A stretch of 64,000 nt of DNA from the human T2T-CHM13v2.0 reference genome, Homo sapiens: assembly GCF_009914755.1 (NCBI RefSeq), contig NC_060926.1, one strand, 5' to 3'. Shown here in pieces: positions 49,758 to 63,870 of the stretch; the first letter of the stretch is position 1, and every line of letters starts with the position of its first letter. Below the pieces are notes generated by a model. The model searched no databases, was not told where the DNA came from, and was given only the letters and a program-made list of their open reading frames with translations. The translations under genes and the position numbers were made by a program.

Positions 49758-52163
49758 TGTGTTAGCTCATTTGCATTACTGTAAAGAGATACTTGAGAGT
49801 GGGTAATTTATAATGAAAAGGGGTTTATCTTGGCTCATGGTTCTGCAAGCTGTATAGGAAGTATGACACCAGCATCTGCTCCTGGTGAGGCCTCAGGAAG
49901 CCTTCAATCATGGCAGAAGGCAAAGAGGGAGCTGGTGTATAAAATGGTGTGACAGGAAGCAGACAGAGGGAGCAAGAGAAAGAGCAAGAGAAAGAGGGAG
50001 GAAATGCCAGGCTGTATTAAACAACTAGCTGTCACATGAACTAACAAGGTGAGAATTAACTTACTACCATGGGGAGGGCACCAAGTCATTCATAAGGGAT
50101 CCATCCCCATAACCCAACACTTCCTACCAGGCCCCAACTCCTCATGTCATCCCAATAGTCCCCTAAAGTCTTAGCTTGTTCTTGCATCAACTTCAAAGTC
50201 CAAAATCTCATCTGACACTCAAAGCGTATTTCTTTCACCTATGAATCTTTAAAATTAAAAACTAGTTACTTACTTTCAAGACACAATGGTGGTTCTGGCA
50301 TTGGGTAAAGATTCCCATTCTCCCCTGTGTTCTCCAGAGAAACAGAAGGGAGACATTGACCAAAAGAAAAGGGTAACAGGCCCCATGCATGTCTGAAGCC
50401 CAGCAAAGCAGACAGTAAATCTCAAATTTCCAACAAAATCTTTGACTCCATGTCCCACATCCTGGGGACACTGGTGTGAGGGGTAGACTCCAAGGCCTTG
50501 GGCAGCTCCATCTCTGTGGCTTTGCAAGGTGTAGTTCCCATGCTGCTCTCACAGATTAGAATTCAGTGAGGCTTTCTCAGGTTCTGCGTACAAACTGCTG
50601 TTGGCTTTACCACTGGGGAGGCTGGAGGGCAAAGGCCCCTTTCTCATGGTCTCAATAGACAGTGCCCTGGTGGGGACTCTGTGTGGGGTGTTCAACCCCA
50701 TATTTACCCTGGGCACTGCCCTAGTAGAGGCTCTCTGCAGGGGCTCCACCCCTGTGGCAGGCTTCTGCCTGGGCACCCAGACTTTCTCATATATCTTCTG
50801 AAATCTAGGTAGACACTGCAGCCTTCTTCACTCTTGCATTCTGTGTACCCACAGGTCTAACACCACATGGAAGCCACCAAGGCTTGTGGGGGCTTGTGCT
50901 GTCCAAAGTGGCAGTTCAAGCTATGGCTGTGGTCCTTTGAATGGAGACTGGAACTGGAGCTACTAGGATGTGGGAAGCAGCATTGAAAGGCTAAGCAGGG
51001 CAGCATTGTCCTGAGCCTGTACCCTGAAATAATTCTGTCCTCTTAAGGCCTCTGAACCTGTGATGGGATGGGCAGTCTGGAAGACTTCCAAAATGCCTTC
51101 AAGACTTTTTCTCGTTGTATTGACTATTAGCACTTGGCTTCCTTTTAGTCATGCAAATCTCTCTAGCAAGTGGTTATCTGCAAAAATTCCTCTTCTGAAA
51201 ATGCTCTGTTCTTCTCTACAACATGACTAAGTTGCAAATTTTCCAAACTTTGACACACTGCTTCCTTTTTAAATATGTTTCAAATTTAAGTCATTACTTT
51301 GCTCCTATATCTGATTGTAGGCTGTTAGAAGCAGCCAAGCCACATATTGAATGCTTTGCTGCTTAGAAGTTTCTTCCTCCAGATACCCTAAGTCTTCACT
51401 CTTAAGTTCAACCTTCCACAAATCCCTAAGACATGAACACAATGCACCCAAGCTCTTTGCTAAGGCATAACATGAGTGAGGATTTGTTCCAGTTGCCAAT
51501 AAATTTCTCATGTCCATCTGAGAGCTTGTCAGCCTGGACTTCACTGTCTATATTTCTATCAGCGTTTTGGTCACAACCACTCAACTAGTCCCTAAGACAT
51601 TCCAAACCTTCTTTCTTCTTCCTGTATTCTTCTGAGCTCTCCAAACTCTTCCAATTTCTGCTTGTGACACAGTTTCCAAAGCTGGTTCCACATCTTCAGG
51701 TATCTTTATAGCAATGCCCCACTTCTAGTACCAATTTTCTGTTAGTCCATTTGTGTTACTGTAAAGAATACTTGAGGCTGGATAGTTTATAACAAAAAGA
51801 GGTTTATTTTGGCTCACAGATCTGCAGGCTGTACACGAAGCATGGACCCAGCATCTGCTCCTGTGAGGCCTCACGAAACTTCCAATCACAGCAGAAGGTG
51901 AAGGGGATGCCAGAAAATCCTATGGCAAGAGAGGAAGCAAGAGAGAAGGGACAAGAAAAAGAGGAGAGAGGTGCCAGGCTCTTTTAAATGACTAGCTTTT
52001 GTGTGAACTAACAGAGTAAGAACTCACTTATTACAATGTAGAGTGCATCAAGCCATTTATAAATCTATCCCCATGACCCAAATACCTCCCATGAGGCCCC
52101 ACCTCCAACACAGGGGATTATGTATCAACGTGAGATTTGGAAGGGATGAACATAATAATCTCA
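49758..52163 (-). mobile_element. MSTB-like MaLR element: 3' LTR (49758-~50140), internal region (~50141-51739), 5' LTR (51740-52163)
   Basis: Two similar LTRs (ccagcatctgctcctg(g)tgaggcctca..; gaactaaca..); internal start ctagtaccaattttc; MaLR-internal ORF remnants 51305-51544, 50549-50776, 50262-50552. Confidence 0.9.
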
Positions 52164-52824
52164 AATAAACTATTTTTTTTTATTAATTTATAGAAGTGTT
52201 TATGTATGATAAATATATATATACAGTTATGACATATATAGTAAGTTAAATAACTTTTGTCTCCATAAATGCAGTGCACATTTTATATTACTTGAAAAAA
52301 AGAAATCATGTACATATTAGTCAACATTTACTGAGTTTTGCCAGGTTCCTCTATATGCTCAAAGGAATAGGAAACATCAAAACAGCCATGTTCTGTGTGA
52401 CGAAAGGGGAGAAGAGTCTGTCTGAAGACACAATTGGAAATAGTGAAGAAAAAATGCAGGTTGTGCTAAATGGATGTGCACATCAAACACATGCTTGGGT
52501 GAGAAGAGGAAAACTGAATATGAATGAAAATATATGCAGCTATGCCTTCCAAAAATATTTACCTTTGCGGTTGTCTTTTTAACAAACCTGTAGTAGAGTT
52601 TCTATTCTTATTCTCATTTTTCAGATAAAAAAACCTGAAAAACAGAAAGGTTAAACTATTTTTCCTTGTACACACCTTGTAAGTGTGGAGACAACTACAA
52701 ACTCAAGCTGCATGACTTCATCCCCTTAAAGACAAAATGATGCATGTATGACTGCCTGCACACTCGCATTTTTATCTTTTAGAATATGAATGAATGAAAT
52801 GTTATATCTACTCTTGTGAATGTT

Positions 52825-53078
52825 AATATTTCACAAACCATGATTCATGGAGCATACTTCCCAGGAAGCATACCACTTTTGGACATATAAGCTGGAGGAA
52901 GACTGACCATCACATTCCTTTCTTTGAGGTTGACAGTGTTCATTAACATATTAAGGCTCTGAGAGAACTACACATAAATTTTAACAGTCAAAAACAAACA
53001 TTCACACACGGAGATAATATATTTTCCTTTGCACATCTATCAATGATATCCCCTTAATACCACCTTGGGAAGTGTGAC
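52825..53078. mobile_element. Charlie4a-like DNA transposon relic
   Basis: cattaacatattaaggctctgagag ... accaccttgggaagtg. Confidence 0.5.
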
Positions 53079-53909
53079 TTGAGGTCATTCTTAAGACCCA
53101 GGAGTGATGCTAGCAAACTTCCTTCTGCAGAAAAACCAAGCACACTAATTAGCCTTGTGGCACCTGGTTGTGTCTTTAACAATGGCAGATTTTTCTTAGC
53201 ACAGTTTCTGATACAGTCCTAATGCAGATGTCATTTTTTGTGTGTTTTTTTTTCTGACATTGGGAACTTTATGATGCAGGCTTGTGGTATTATAGCAAAA
53301 TAGTTCCCATTAAGTCAACATTTTCCCAAACATTTCTTATCAAAAGGAAGTCTTTAGAAAAGACTGCAAATTAAAGATTTAATATTTGGCCTGTTTTAAG
53401 ATTTCTAGTTCAAATCTCTTTAAAAAAAAAGAAAAAAATCAAAAGCCAAGTTGAAAACTAATTCTGTATGCTTTGTAACTGGGCAAAAATTAAGTGTTTG
53501 AAGGCACAGTTGAAACTAAGTCAATAGTCTTCTTTACCCTTGAGGTTTCTTCTGCAAATGAGACAGCCAGGTCAGATCCTAAGTATGATCCATGAGTACT
53601 GCTCTTTTATGTATTCAAGTGAATAGAAAACATCAAAACAGCCCAACTCTGAAGGAAGGGGAGGAGGACCCACATGAAAGATAAGGAAAGCAGGCTGTGG
53701 CAAGTTGATGCGGACACCAGGCACATGTTCATGTGAGAGGAAGAAACTTAACAAAACATGAGAAAAAAAATGCAGCAATGGCTTCAGAATACTGATTTTG
53801 TCCTGGTGCAAGTCCCCTTACATTTCATTGACTCAGGGTCTTCATCTGTAAAATGAGTTCTAACATTTTCTAATTCTACTTTTAGTTTTATAGCTTGTGC
53901 TAGAGAGCT

Positions 53910-54430
53910 CCTCTTCTTATATGCATACATACCCCAGTTCCTTCCAGAGACTTTTAGGCACCTTATAAAGAATGTGAATATTAAGATAAAACAAATTTTA
54001 AAATTTAAGGAAAAATCAAGACAGTGTTAAAGTGAGCACACAGAAGTGCATACATGCACCAAGGAATTGCACAACTCTTCGAGATGGGCTCTTAGTTTAA
54101 TTCAGAATGTCCTACAAGAGAAAAACTAGAAGTGACAAGTTTCATAGTATGAGAAATGTAACTGGCCCTCGGGGGCTTAGGAGCAGAAAGGCATGTTTGG
54201 TGTTGATGTATACAACAAACCCTATGCTAGCTCACTGTGAGAGGCTGCTCACATTGTCCTGGTAATTGCATGGATGCGGAGTATGACCACACATCATATC
54301 TGGCTGAATACCTCTTTCATCCTCTTTTTTTTTTACAGCTGTCTGTCAACAATCATATGTGGCAGCCTTAGAGACAAGACTTTCAAAATGGCTATTTTTA
54401 ATAACACTGATCAAATCCAGTTAAGGATAT
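53910..54430 (-). mobile_element. possible L4 (RTE-X) LINE fragment
   Basis: ataccccagttccttccagagacttttaggcacctta and gagatgggctcttagtttaattcag weakly resemble recalled L4 3' consensus. Confidence 0.35.
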
Positions 54431-55699
54431 TCTAAATTATTTTTATTTTTCAGGATACTATGTCACTTGCTCTAGCCCCCTGCTAATTCAATTTGTGTTT
54501 ATCATTCAAATAAATGCAGATAACATAGTCTCTACCTACTAAAGTTTCTGTTCTGGAGAAAAATAATTTTATTTTAAATACCATTACCTACACTGAAGAT
54601 AAAATAATTAAATGACTTTCATAACTTACTGTACTCTTATTACCTAGGCTCAGCCGGAGTAGTGTTTTCCCTTTAAGGAGGGAAGGTATACTGGAAAGAA
54701 CATTCCACCTGCCAACCCTGTGACTCTGATCTCTACTTGTCTGATCTCAGCATGCTTATTGAAACAAAAAAGTCAGTGCTGTCTGACAGGTATCCATAGT
54801 GATGATTAATATTGAACTTATTTTATCTACTTAAGAAATATTTACTGGATGACTACTATTCCAAGCACCACGTCAGGCATCAAATCAGAAATTGAAAGAA
54901 AATGTTTATTACCTAGTGATAACATACATGAAGCCTGTAAAGTAGTCATTAAAATTACTTATTGTTGTTATTGCTTGGAGAAAGTGCCTGTATTTTAACA
55001 ACAACAAAAAAGGAACATAGGAGATGTCAAGCCTAAGTATGAGTAAAAGGCAATGTTGATTACTAATGCAATGTCTATTATATCTTCCAAACTTTTCTCA
55101 TGGTATTTGAAAGGCTATGTGGCAAAGTCTCTGCAGCTGCAATTTGCTTAAATGTAAGAATCTGTCAGAATCTGTCTGAGGGACGCTCCTAAGATCTCAT
55201 TTTCTGCTATGGTATATTTGAATGCATGCTTATTCATTTAAACATTCATGTGGCATTATGCTCAGTGATCTGATGTGTACAAAAATTACAGAACATTATC
55301 CATATCCTAGCTTGATGGAACAGGTATAAACTTTAAAAATGTTAATTATAAGGAACTATAAAGCTACTAATTTATATAGAACACTTCCTATAGTAGTATA
55401 CCAAAGAATGCCCTCTCTAGGAAGACTAGAATTGCAAAGTGACCTCATATTTGAATGAAAATTAGTTTTTTAAAAATTTCTTCCTTCCTCTGGGTAGATG
55501 CAGCCTTGTACCAAAGCACACAGCTTGGAAAGCTAGCTTGTGTTGGATGGTCATCCCCCTACCCTCTTGGCTGGACAGATTTTGGCAGGTCTTAAACCAC
55601 AGAAGAAAATGTGCAATCCCGAGCTGGTGCCTCTAGAATCAATACCAATGAGTATAACATTAATTAGAAAATTCGTAAAGCTATTGTTTTTAAAATATT

Positions 55700-56090
55700 A
55701 AAAGAAAAAAGCTCCCATTAGGCTACTCTTTTTGAAGAAGGCTTTATGAAAGAGGAATAAAGATTCGTTGTATTTTGAAGAATAGGTAGCATTTGCATAG
55801 GTAGAAAAAGTCAGAGAGATACTGTTAGTTGGCTAGCTGAAACAGATTGAACAGGAAAAGGAAGAAGGGAGAGGAAATTCTGTGGAAACAGCTGGTAAAA
55901 GCATTTGGTTGGAACTGATGTTTTGAGAGTGAGAATTACGATATGAGACTGGAAATGCAGCTGGGTGCCAGCTGACAGGGGACTTTGAATATTAGAATAA
56001 ACAATTTAAACTCTATCCTTTAGGCAACATCAAATCATTGAAGCATTTTAAGAAAATGATTGATATAATTTGAAGGAATAATTTTGGAAA
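55700..56090 (-). mobile_element. LINE-2 fragment
   Basis: gaaggctttatgaaagagg...tttgaagaataggtagcatt...tttaaactctatcctttaggcaac...attgaagcattttaag. Confidence 0.6.
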
Positions 56091-56379
56091 ATATCATTAC
56101 AATGAAAAGACTTTTTTTAATTAAAGTAGAAATCAGTAACACATGGTTGTTACAGAGAAATGTAAAATTGCAGATAAGGTAAGTAAAATCACCTCTAATT
56201 AAACAAGATGGAAGTAATTATTATTAATTCTTTGATGTATTTAAATGAGAATCCATTCCTTGCATATAAAAATGTATACAGTATAAAATGGAGTCACAAT
56301 ACCCATAATATTTTTGAAACGTTATGTCATTTAATGAAATCATATTAACTAATACTTTAAAGGAACAGTAAATTTTATC

Positions 56380-56511
56380 TTTTTAGTTTTTTGTGGAGGG
56401 GAGGATCTCACTATGTTGACCAGGCTCATTTCAAACACCTGGCCTCAAGTGATCCTCCTGCTTTGGCCTTCTAATGCACTGGAATTACAGAAGTGAGCCA
56501 CCATGCCCTGA
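56380..56511 (-). mobile_element. FLAM_C-like Alu monomer
   Basis: tctcactatgttgaccaggctc...cctggcctcaagtgatcctcctgc...gtgagccaccatgccc. Confidence 0.85.
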
Positions 56512-56518
56512 ATAGTAA

Positions 56519-56818
<300 letters not shown>

Positions 56819-56849
56819 CAGTAAGTTGATTTTCAATTAATATAGTTAT

Positions 56850-57000
56850 CTTTCATTTTACTTTTAATTGACACATAGTAATTATACATACTTATGGGGT
56901 GTAGAGTGGTGTTTCAATACATGTATAAATTGCTTTAAAATTATTTTGTATATCCATCATCTCATATATTTATCCTTTATAGTGAGACATTCAAAAACTT
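56850..57000 (-). mobile_element. L1MA 3' end fragment
   Basis: ttaattgacacatagtaattatacatacttatggggtg...gtgagacattcaaaa. Confidence 0.7.
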
Positions 57001-58580
57001 TTTTTAATGATTTAAAAATAAGTTTAAATTTTGTTCTCTTTTGTTTTTATTATAGATTTAGATGGAAAAAGTGCAATTTTGTGAGATGGATATATTGCAT
57101 CGTGATGAAGTCTGGGCTCTTAGCGTTCATTGTATCTATTAAGTACTCTCGTATCCCACATCCTCCACCAACCCTCCCACCCTTTGGAGTCTCCAATGTC
57201 TATTATTCCACTCTCTATATCCATGTGTATGCATTGTTTAGCTCTCACTTATAAATGAGAAAATATGGTATTTGGCTTTCTGTTTCTGAGTTATTTTACT
57301 TAAGAATAATGGTGTCTCATTCCATCCATATTGCTGCAAAAGACATAATGTTATTCTTTTTTATGGCTGGCTAGTATTTTACGGTATATGTGTATTGTAT
57401 TTTCTTTATCTGGTAATCTATTGATGGACACTTAGGTTGATTCTAGATCTCTGCTACTGTGAATAGTGCTGCAATTGACATGAGAGTGAAGATATACCTT
57501 TGACATTCTGATTTCCTTTCCTTTGGTTGTATACCCAGTGGTGGGATTACTGTATTGTATGGTAGTTCTATTTTTAACTCTGAAAAATTGCCATACTGTC
57601 TTCCATGGAGGTTGTACTAATTTACATCCCCACAAACAGTGTATAAGCATTCTCTCTTCCCCATATCCTCACCAACATATTTTATTGACATTTTATTAAT
57701 GGCCATTCTGAATGGTGTGAAAAAGTATCTCACTGTGGTTTTAATTGGCATTTTTCTGATGATTAGTGATGTTGAACATTTTTTCATGTGATTGTTGGCC
57801 ATTTACATGTCTTCTCTTGAAAAGTGTCTGTTCATGTCTTTTCTCCATTTTTAAGGGGGTTATTTGTTGTTGTTGTTGTTGTTGTTCTTGTTACTCACAT
57901 ATTTGAATTCCTTGTAGATTCTGGATATACTTTTGTTGGATGCATAATTTGCAAATATTTTCTTCCATTCTGCAGGGTGTCTGTTCACTCTGGTGATTAT
58001 TTCTTTTGTGGCATGAAAGCTTTTTAGCTTAATGAAGTCCCATTTGTTTATTTTCGTTTTTTGTTGCATTTGCTTTTGAGGTCTTAGTCATGAACTCTTT
58101 GCCTAGGCCAATGTCAAGGAGAGGTTTACCTAGGTTTTCTTGTAGTAGTTTTATAATTTCAGGTCTTACATTTAAGTTTTTAATCTATCTTAAGTTAATA
58201 TTTGTATACAGTGAGAGATGGTGGTTCAGTTTCATTCTGCTGTATAACAGGAATCCAATTTTCCTGCAACCATCTATTGAATAGGATGCCCTTTTCCCAC
58301 TTTATATTTTTTGTCAACTTTGTCAAAAATGAGTTGACTGTAGGTATGAGGCTTTATTTCTGAGTTCTCCATTCTGTTTCTTTGATTTATGTGTCTGTTT
58401 TTACACAAGAACCATGCTGTTTTGGTTACTATAGCCCTGCAGTATAGTTTGAAGTCAAGTAATGTGATGCCTGTAGTTTGGCTCATTTTGCTTAGGATTG
58501 TTTCACTACTTGGGCTGTTTTTTTTGTTCCATATGAATTTTAGATTTGTTTTCCCTAATACTGTAAAAAATGATGTTGAT

Positions 58581-58717
58581 TTTTTTTTATTATTATACTT
58601 TAAGTTTTAGGGTACATGTGCACAATGTGCAGGTTAGTTACATATGTATACATGTGCCATGCTGGTGCGCTGCACCCACTAACTCATCATCTAGCATTAG
58701 GTATATACCTAATGCTA
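58581..58717 (-). mobile_element. young L1PA2-type 3' fragment (137 bp) with TSD
   Basis: gcacaatgtgcaggttagttac...ggtgcgctgcacccactaactcatcatctagc (GAG type, not Ta ACA); TSD gatgttgat at 58572-58580 and 58718-58726. Confidence 0.92.
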
Positions 58718-61657
58718 GATGTTGATATTTTGATAGGAATTGCATTGAATCTGTAGGTTGCTTTAGGCAATATGATAATTTCAACAATATTGATTCTGTT
58801 GATTCAAGAGCATGGGAAGTTTTTCCATTTGTTTTTGTCATCTACAATTACTTTCATTGGTGTCTTACAGTTTACATTGTAGAGGTCTTTCATCTCCTTG
58901 GCTAAATGTGTTCCAAGATATCTTATATTTTGTATTATAATGGAATTATAAATGGGATTGATTCTTGGTTTGGTTCTCGGGTTGATGGCTATTGGTATAT
59001 ACAAATGCTACTATTTTTAATATTAATTTTGTATTATGAAACATTATTGAATTTATTTAACAAATCTAGGAGTCTTTTGAAGGAGTCTTTAAGGTTTTCT
59101 AAGTATAGGATTATATTATAAACAAACATAATTTGACTTTCTCTTTTCCAATTTGGATACATTTTATTTCTCTTGCTTGATTTTTGTAGCTAAGACTTCT
59201 AGTGCTTTGTTGAATGTGAGTGGTGGATGGGCATCCTTGTATTGTTCCAGTTCTTAGTGGGAATGCTTTCAACTTTTCCCCGTTCAGTATGATGTTGGCT
59301 GTGGGCTTGCCATATATGGCTTTTATTATTCTAAGATATATTTCTTTTATGCCTAGTTTGTTGAGGGTTTTTATTATGAAAGGATGTTGAACTTTATCAG
59401 ATGCTTTTTCAGAATCAGTGGAAATTATATGCTTTTCGTCTTTCACTTTATTAACAGGATGTATTACATTGATTAATTTGGGTATGTTGACCAACCTGCA
59501 CATCACTAGAAGAAATCCCACTTGGTCATGATGAGTAATCTTTTGATTGTTGAATTTCGTTTGCTAGTATTTTGTTGAGGATTTTTGTATCTGTGTTCAT
59601 CAAGGTTATTAAATATAGTATTCTTTATTTTTATTTTTTTGCATTATTGTCTGTCGTTAGGATTGGGTGCTACTGGCTTTGTAGAGTGAGTTGGGGAGCA
59701 TTCTCCCTTACTCAATATTTTGGAACAGTTGTGGTAGGATTGACACCAGTTATTCTTTGTGTATCTGGTATAATTTGACTGTAATTGATCTTGTCTTTGG
59801 CATTTTGGGAGAGATGGAGTTTACTATTGATTCAATCTCACTATTCTTAATTGATCTGTTCATGATTTCTGTTTCTTCCTGGTTTAATCTTGGGATATTG
59901 TATGTTTCCAGGAATTTATTCAATTCTTCCAGGTTTTCTAGTTTGTGAGCATAGAGAGGTTCATAGTAGTCTCTGACGATCTTTTGTCTTTCTTTAGTAT
60001 CATTTTTAATGTCTCCTTTTTTCATTTCTGATGTGGTTATTTGAATTGTCTCTCATTTTCTTAGTATCTCTAGTGAGAAATCTATAAATTTTGTTTATCT
60101 TTTCAAAGAACCAACTTTTCATTTTGTTAAATCTTTTGTATTATTTTGGTCTCAAATTCATTTTATTCTGCTAAGATTTTTGTTATTTCTTTTTTCTGCT
60201 AGGTTTGGGTTTATTTTTTTTTTCTAGTTTCTTGAGATGTGACATTAGGTTCTTAATTTATTATCTTTCTTTTTTAATGTAATTCTATAAACTTTCCTTT
60301 TAGCACTGCTTTTGTTATATCCCAGAAGCTTTAGTATGTTTTGGTCTCTATTTTCATTCAATTTGTAATATTTTAAAATTTTTCCTAAATTTATCTTTGA
60401 CTCAAAAATTGTTCAGCAGCATGTTGTTTAATTTCCATGTGCTCGTATAGCTTCAAGAATCTCTTGGAATTGACATCTAGTTTTATTCCACTGTGCTCCA
60501 AAAAAAATATTTAGGATTATTTCATTTTTTTAAATTTATTAAGACTTGTTTAATGGCCTAAAACATGACCTGTCTTGGAGATTGTTTGATGTACTGATGA
60601 GAAGAATGTTCTATGCACTGATGAAAACAATTCTGCATTTGTTGGGTAGAGTGTTCTGTAAATGTCTGTTATGTTCATTTGGTCTAAAGTCCAATTTAAG
60701 TTCAGTGTTTCTTTGTTGATTTTCTGTTTCAATGATCTGTCTAGTGCTCTCAGTGGGATGTTGAAGTTCCCCATTATTATCATATTGCTGTCTATCTCTT
60801 TTCTAAGGTCTAGTAAAATTAGGTCTAGTATATTTGCTCTGGCATTAAGTGCAAATATATTTTGAATACTTACATTTTCTTGTTTACTTGATCTCTTTAT
60901 CATTTATATAAGAATGTCTTTGTCTTTTTTTTTTTACTGATATTGATTTAAAGTCTGTTTTATCAGACATAAATAAGGCTATTTGTAGTCACTTTTGATT
61001 TCCATTTACATTGAATATCTTTTTCCACCCCCTTTCCTTCAATCTATAGGTGTCTACTAATAAGATGAGTTTCTTATGGCAGCATGTGGTTGGATCATGT
61101 TTTATTATCCAATCAAACAATCTTTATCTTTTAAATGGAAATTTTAAGGCATCTATGTTCAAGGTTTATATTGATATGTGATGTGTTTCTGTCATAATAT
61201 TGTTATCTAGTTGTGTTGCAGCCTGATTTGTGCAATTGTTTTATAAGACCTGTGAGTTTTATACTTCCAAGTATTTTTATAATAATGAGCATCAACCCTC
61301 TGTTTCATTTCTGGAACTCCTTGAGCATTTCTTTTAGGGCAGATCTTGTTATGACAAATTACCTCAGTCTTTGCTTGTTTGGGAACGACTTTAATTATCT
61401 TCTACTTATGAACTTTTATAATACAAAATTTGGGATTGACACTTATTTTCCTGAAGCACATTGAAAATGGAATCGCAATCTCCTCTGACTTGTAAGATTT
61501 CTGCTAAGAAGTCCACTATTAGTCTGATGGAGTTTTCCATATAGGTTACTAGACTCTAGTCGCTTGCTGATTTTAGGATATTTACCTTTGTGTTAAACTT
61601 AGACAATCTGAGAATTGTATGTCATGATGAGGTCTTTCTTGCAATGTATTTCTCTAG

Positions 61658-62052
<395 letters not shown>

Positions 62053-63369
62053 TGATCATCTTCTTAAATAGGGTTTCCAGACTTTTTATATTTTCTTCTC
62101 TCTCAGGAATACCTGTAATTTATAGATTCAAATGTTTTACATAGTACCATAACTCTCAAGGCTTTGCTCATTTAATTTTTTTTCGTCTGACTAAACTAAT
62201 TCAAAAGATGTGGCCTCAAGTTCTGAGAGTCTTTTTTTCTGTTTTATCTTGGCTATAGTTCAAACTTTCAACTGCATTTCATAACTCCTTCAATATTTTT
62301 TTCATTTCCAGAAGTTCTGTTTGTTTTTTTCTTTAGTAAATATCTATCTCTTTGATAAATTTCTCATTTATATTCTGGCTTGATTTTCTGATTTCTTTGT
62401 GTTGGTTTTCAGGTTTCTCTTGGATCTAACTGACATGCTTTAAAATAAGTATTTTGAATTCTTTATTTGATATTTCAAATATTTCATTTTGGATTGTATC
62501 TATTGCTGCAGAGTTAGTCTAATCTTTTGGAGATGTTGTAACACCTGTTTTTTCATACTTTCAGAATTGTTATGCTGTTCCCTTCTCTTCTGGAGAAACT
62601 GTCAGTTCTTCTTATTTCGAATTTATTTTTGTTTGGAATGAATATTTTTTCCCTTTCAGGGTGTAACTATAATATATGTTGAGTAGTGTCATTTGCCTTT
62701 GTTTCTGTGGGCTTCTGTGTGACTGCCTTCATATGATGACTTTCTCAAATGCCAGTTGTGGTAGCAAGGTACTAAGTGTTTAAGAAGCTCACAGTCTTTT
62801 TCTGAGCTGGGGTGGTGGAGGTCTCCATAAGCTTATCCCATTTCCAAGCACTGTGCACTTGTGTCAACAAGTTTTGTATCAGGTTGTGCAATTCAACCTC
62901 CAGGCCAATAGATGGCTCTTGCACCTAAGAGCCAGCTGTGGTGGTGGCAGAAGGGTTTACGCTTGATCTTTGTTTACAGGTAGAAGCTCTCCAGTTCCTC
63001 AGGCAATAGGCTGGTTTGTGGAATATCCAGTGGCCTGCGCTATGTGCTCAGCCCTGTGGTGTGTAAAGTTGGGCTGAGTTAGACCGAGCAGGCCCTCAGA
63101 TCCCCCAGTGGTGGACACAAGCACCAGTCCTGATAGGGGTGGTGTGGGAGTGATACAGACTCTGCATGATTTCCTTGGCTATAAGTAGACCCAGTGTGGT
63201 GGCTTTCTCAAATGCCAGTTGTACTAGTAATGTACCAGATGGTTATGCAGGTTCAAGGTCTACTGAGTATCCAGGGTAGTGTGGACAATGGTGGTAGCAG
63301 AGGTTGCATAAAGCTTGTGTCCTTCCTGAGTGACTTTAACACACTCCTGATCCAATTCTGTAGTGATTA

Positions 63370-63405
63370 CACACACACACATGATCACACACACACACGC
63401 ACACA
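63370..63405. repeat. (CA)n imperfect microsatellite
   Basis: read directly. Confidence 0.9.
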
Positions 63406-63589
63406 TGCATATGTATACATAATATAAGCAATATAAATATAATCCTTTGTTTGGGCATGTGATACAATAAAAGTGAAAAGTAAAAGGCTGAAGTCATGAA
63501 CACAGATAAAACCATCAGAACTGATCAAAGAAAAAGTGTAAAGAAACTCCCCCAAAAATATTTTGTTTGAAAAAAGTAAAAATAATTAT

Positions 63590-63870
63590 ATGTATAATTG
63601 AATTTTAGAAATCAAAATGTTTTTTTCTATTTCTGTGAAAAATGACACTGAAAATTTGATAGGAATTGCACTGAATCTGTAGATCACTTTAGGTAGTACA
63701 GAAATTTTAACAATATTAGTTATTCCAGTCCATTACCACGAAACGTCTTTCCCTTTATTTGTGTCTTCTTCAAATTCTCTATCAATATTTCTACCATGTA
63801 TATATAAATCAAAACATCATATTTTACCGAATAAGTATACAAAATTGTTAACTAAAAATGAATTTTCAAA
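63590..63870. mobile_element. L1M ORF2 fragment (-, ~63590-63790) joined to L1MA 3' terminus (+, ~63791-63870)
   Basis: tttgataggaattgcactgaatctgtagatcactttagg (antisense ORF2) then atgtatatataaatcaaaacatcatatttt (sense 3' UTR). Confidence 0.65.

Noticed and set aside
50262-51544. ORFs in the MSTB internal region as a domesticated gene
   Set aside because: Short, in different frames and interrupted; consistent with neutral decay.
49752-52169. 5-bp TSD for the MSTB element (ataaa on both sides)
   Set aside because: Match is offset by one base from the LTR ends and lies in A-rich sequence; not convincing.
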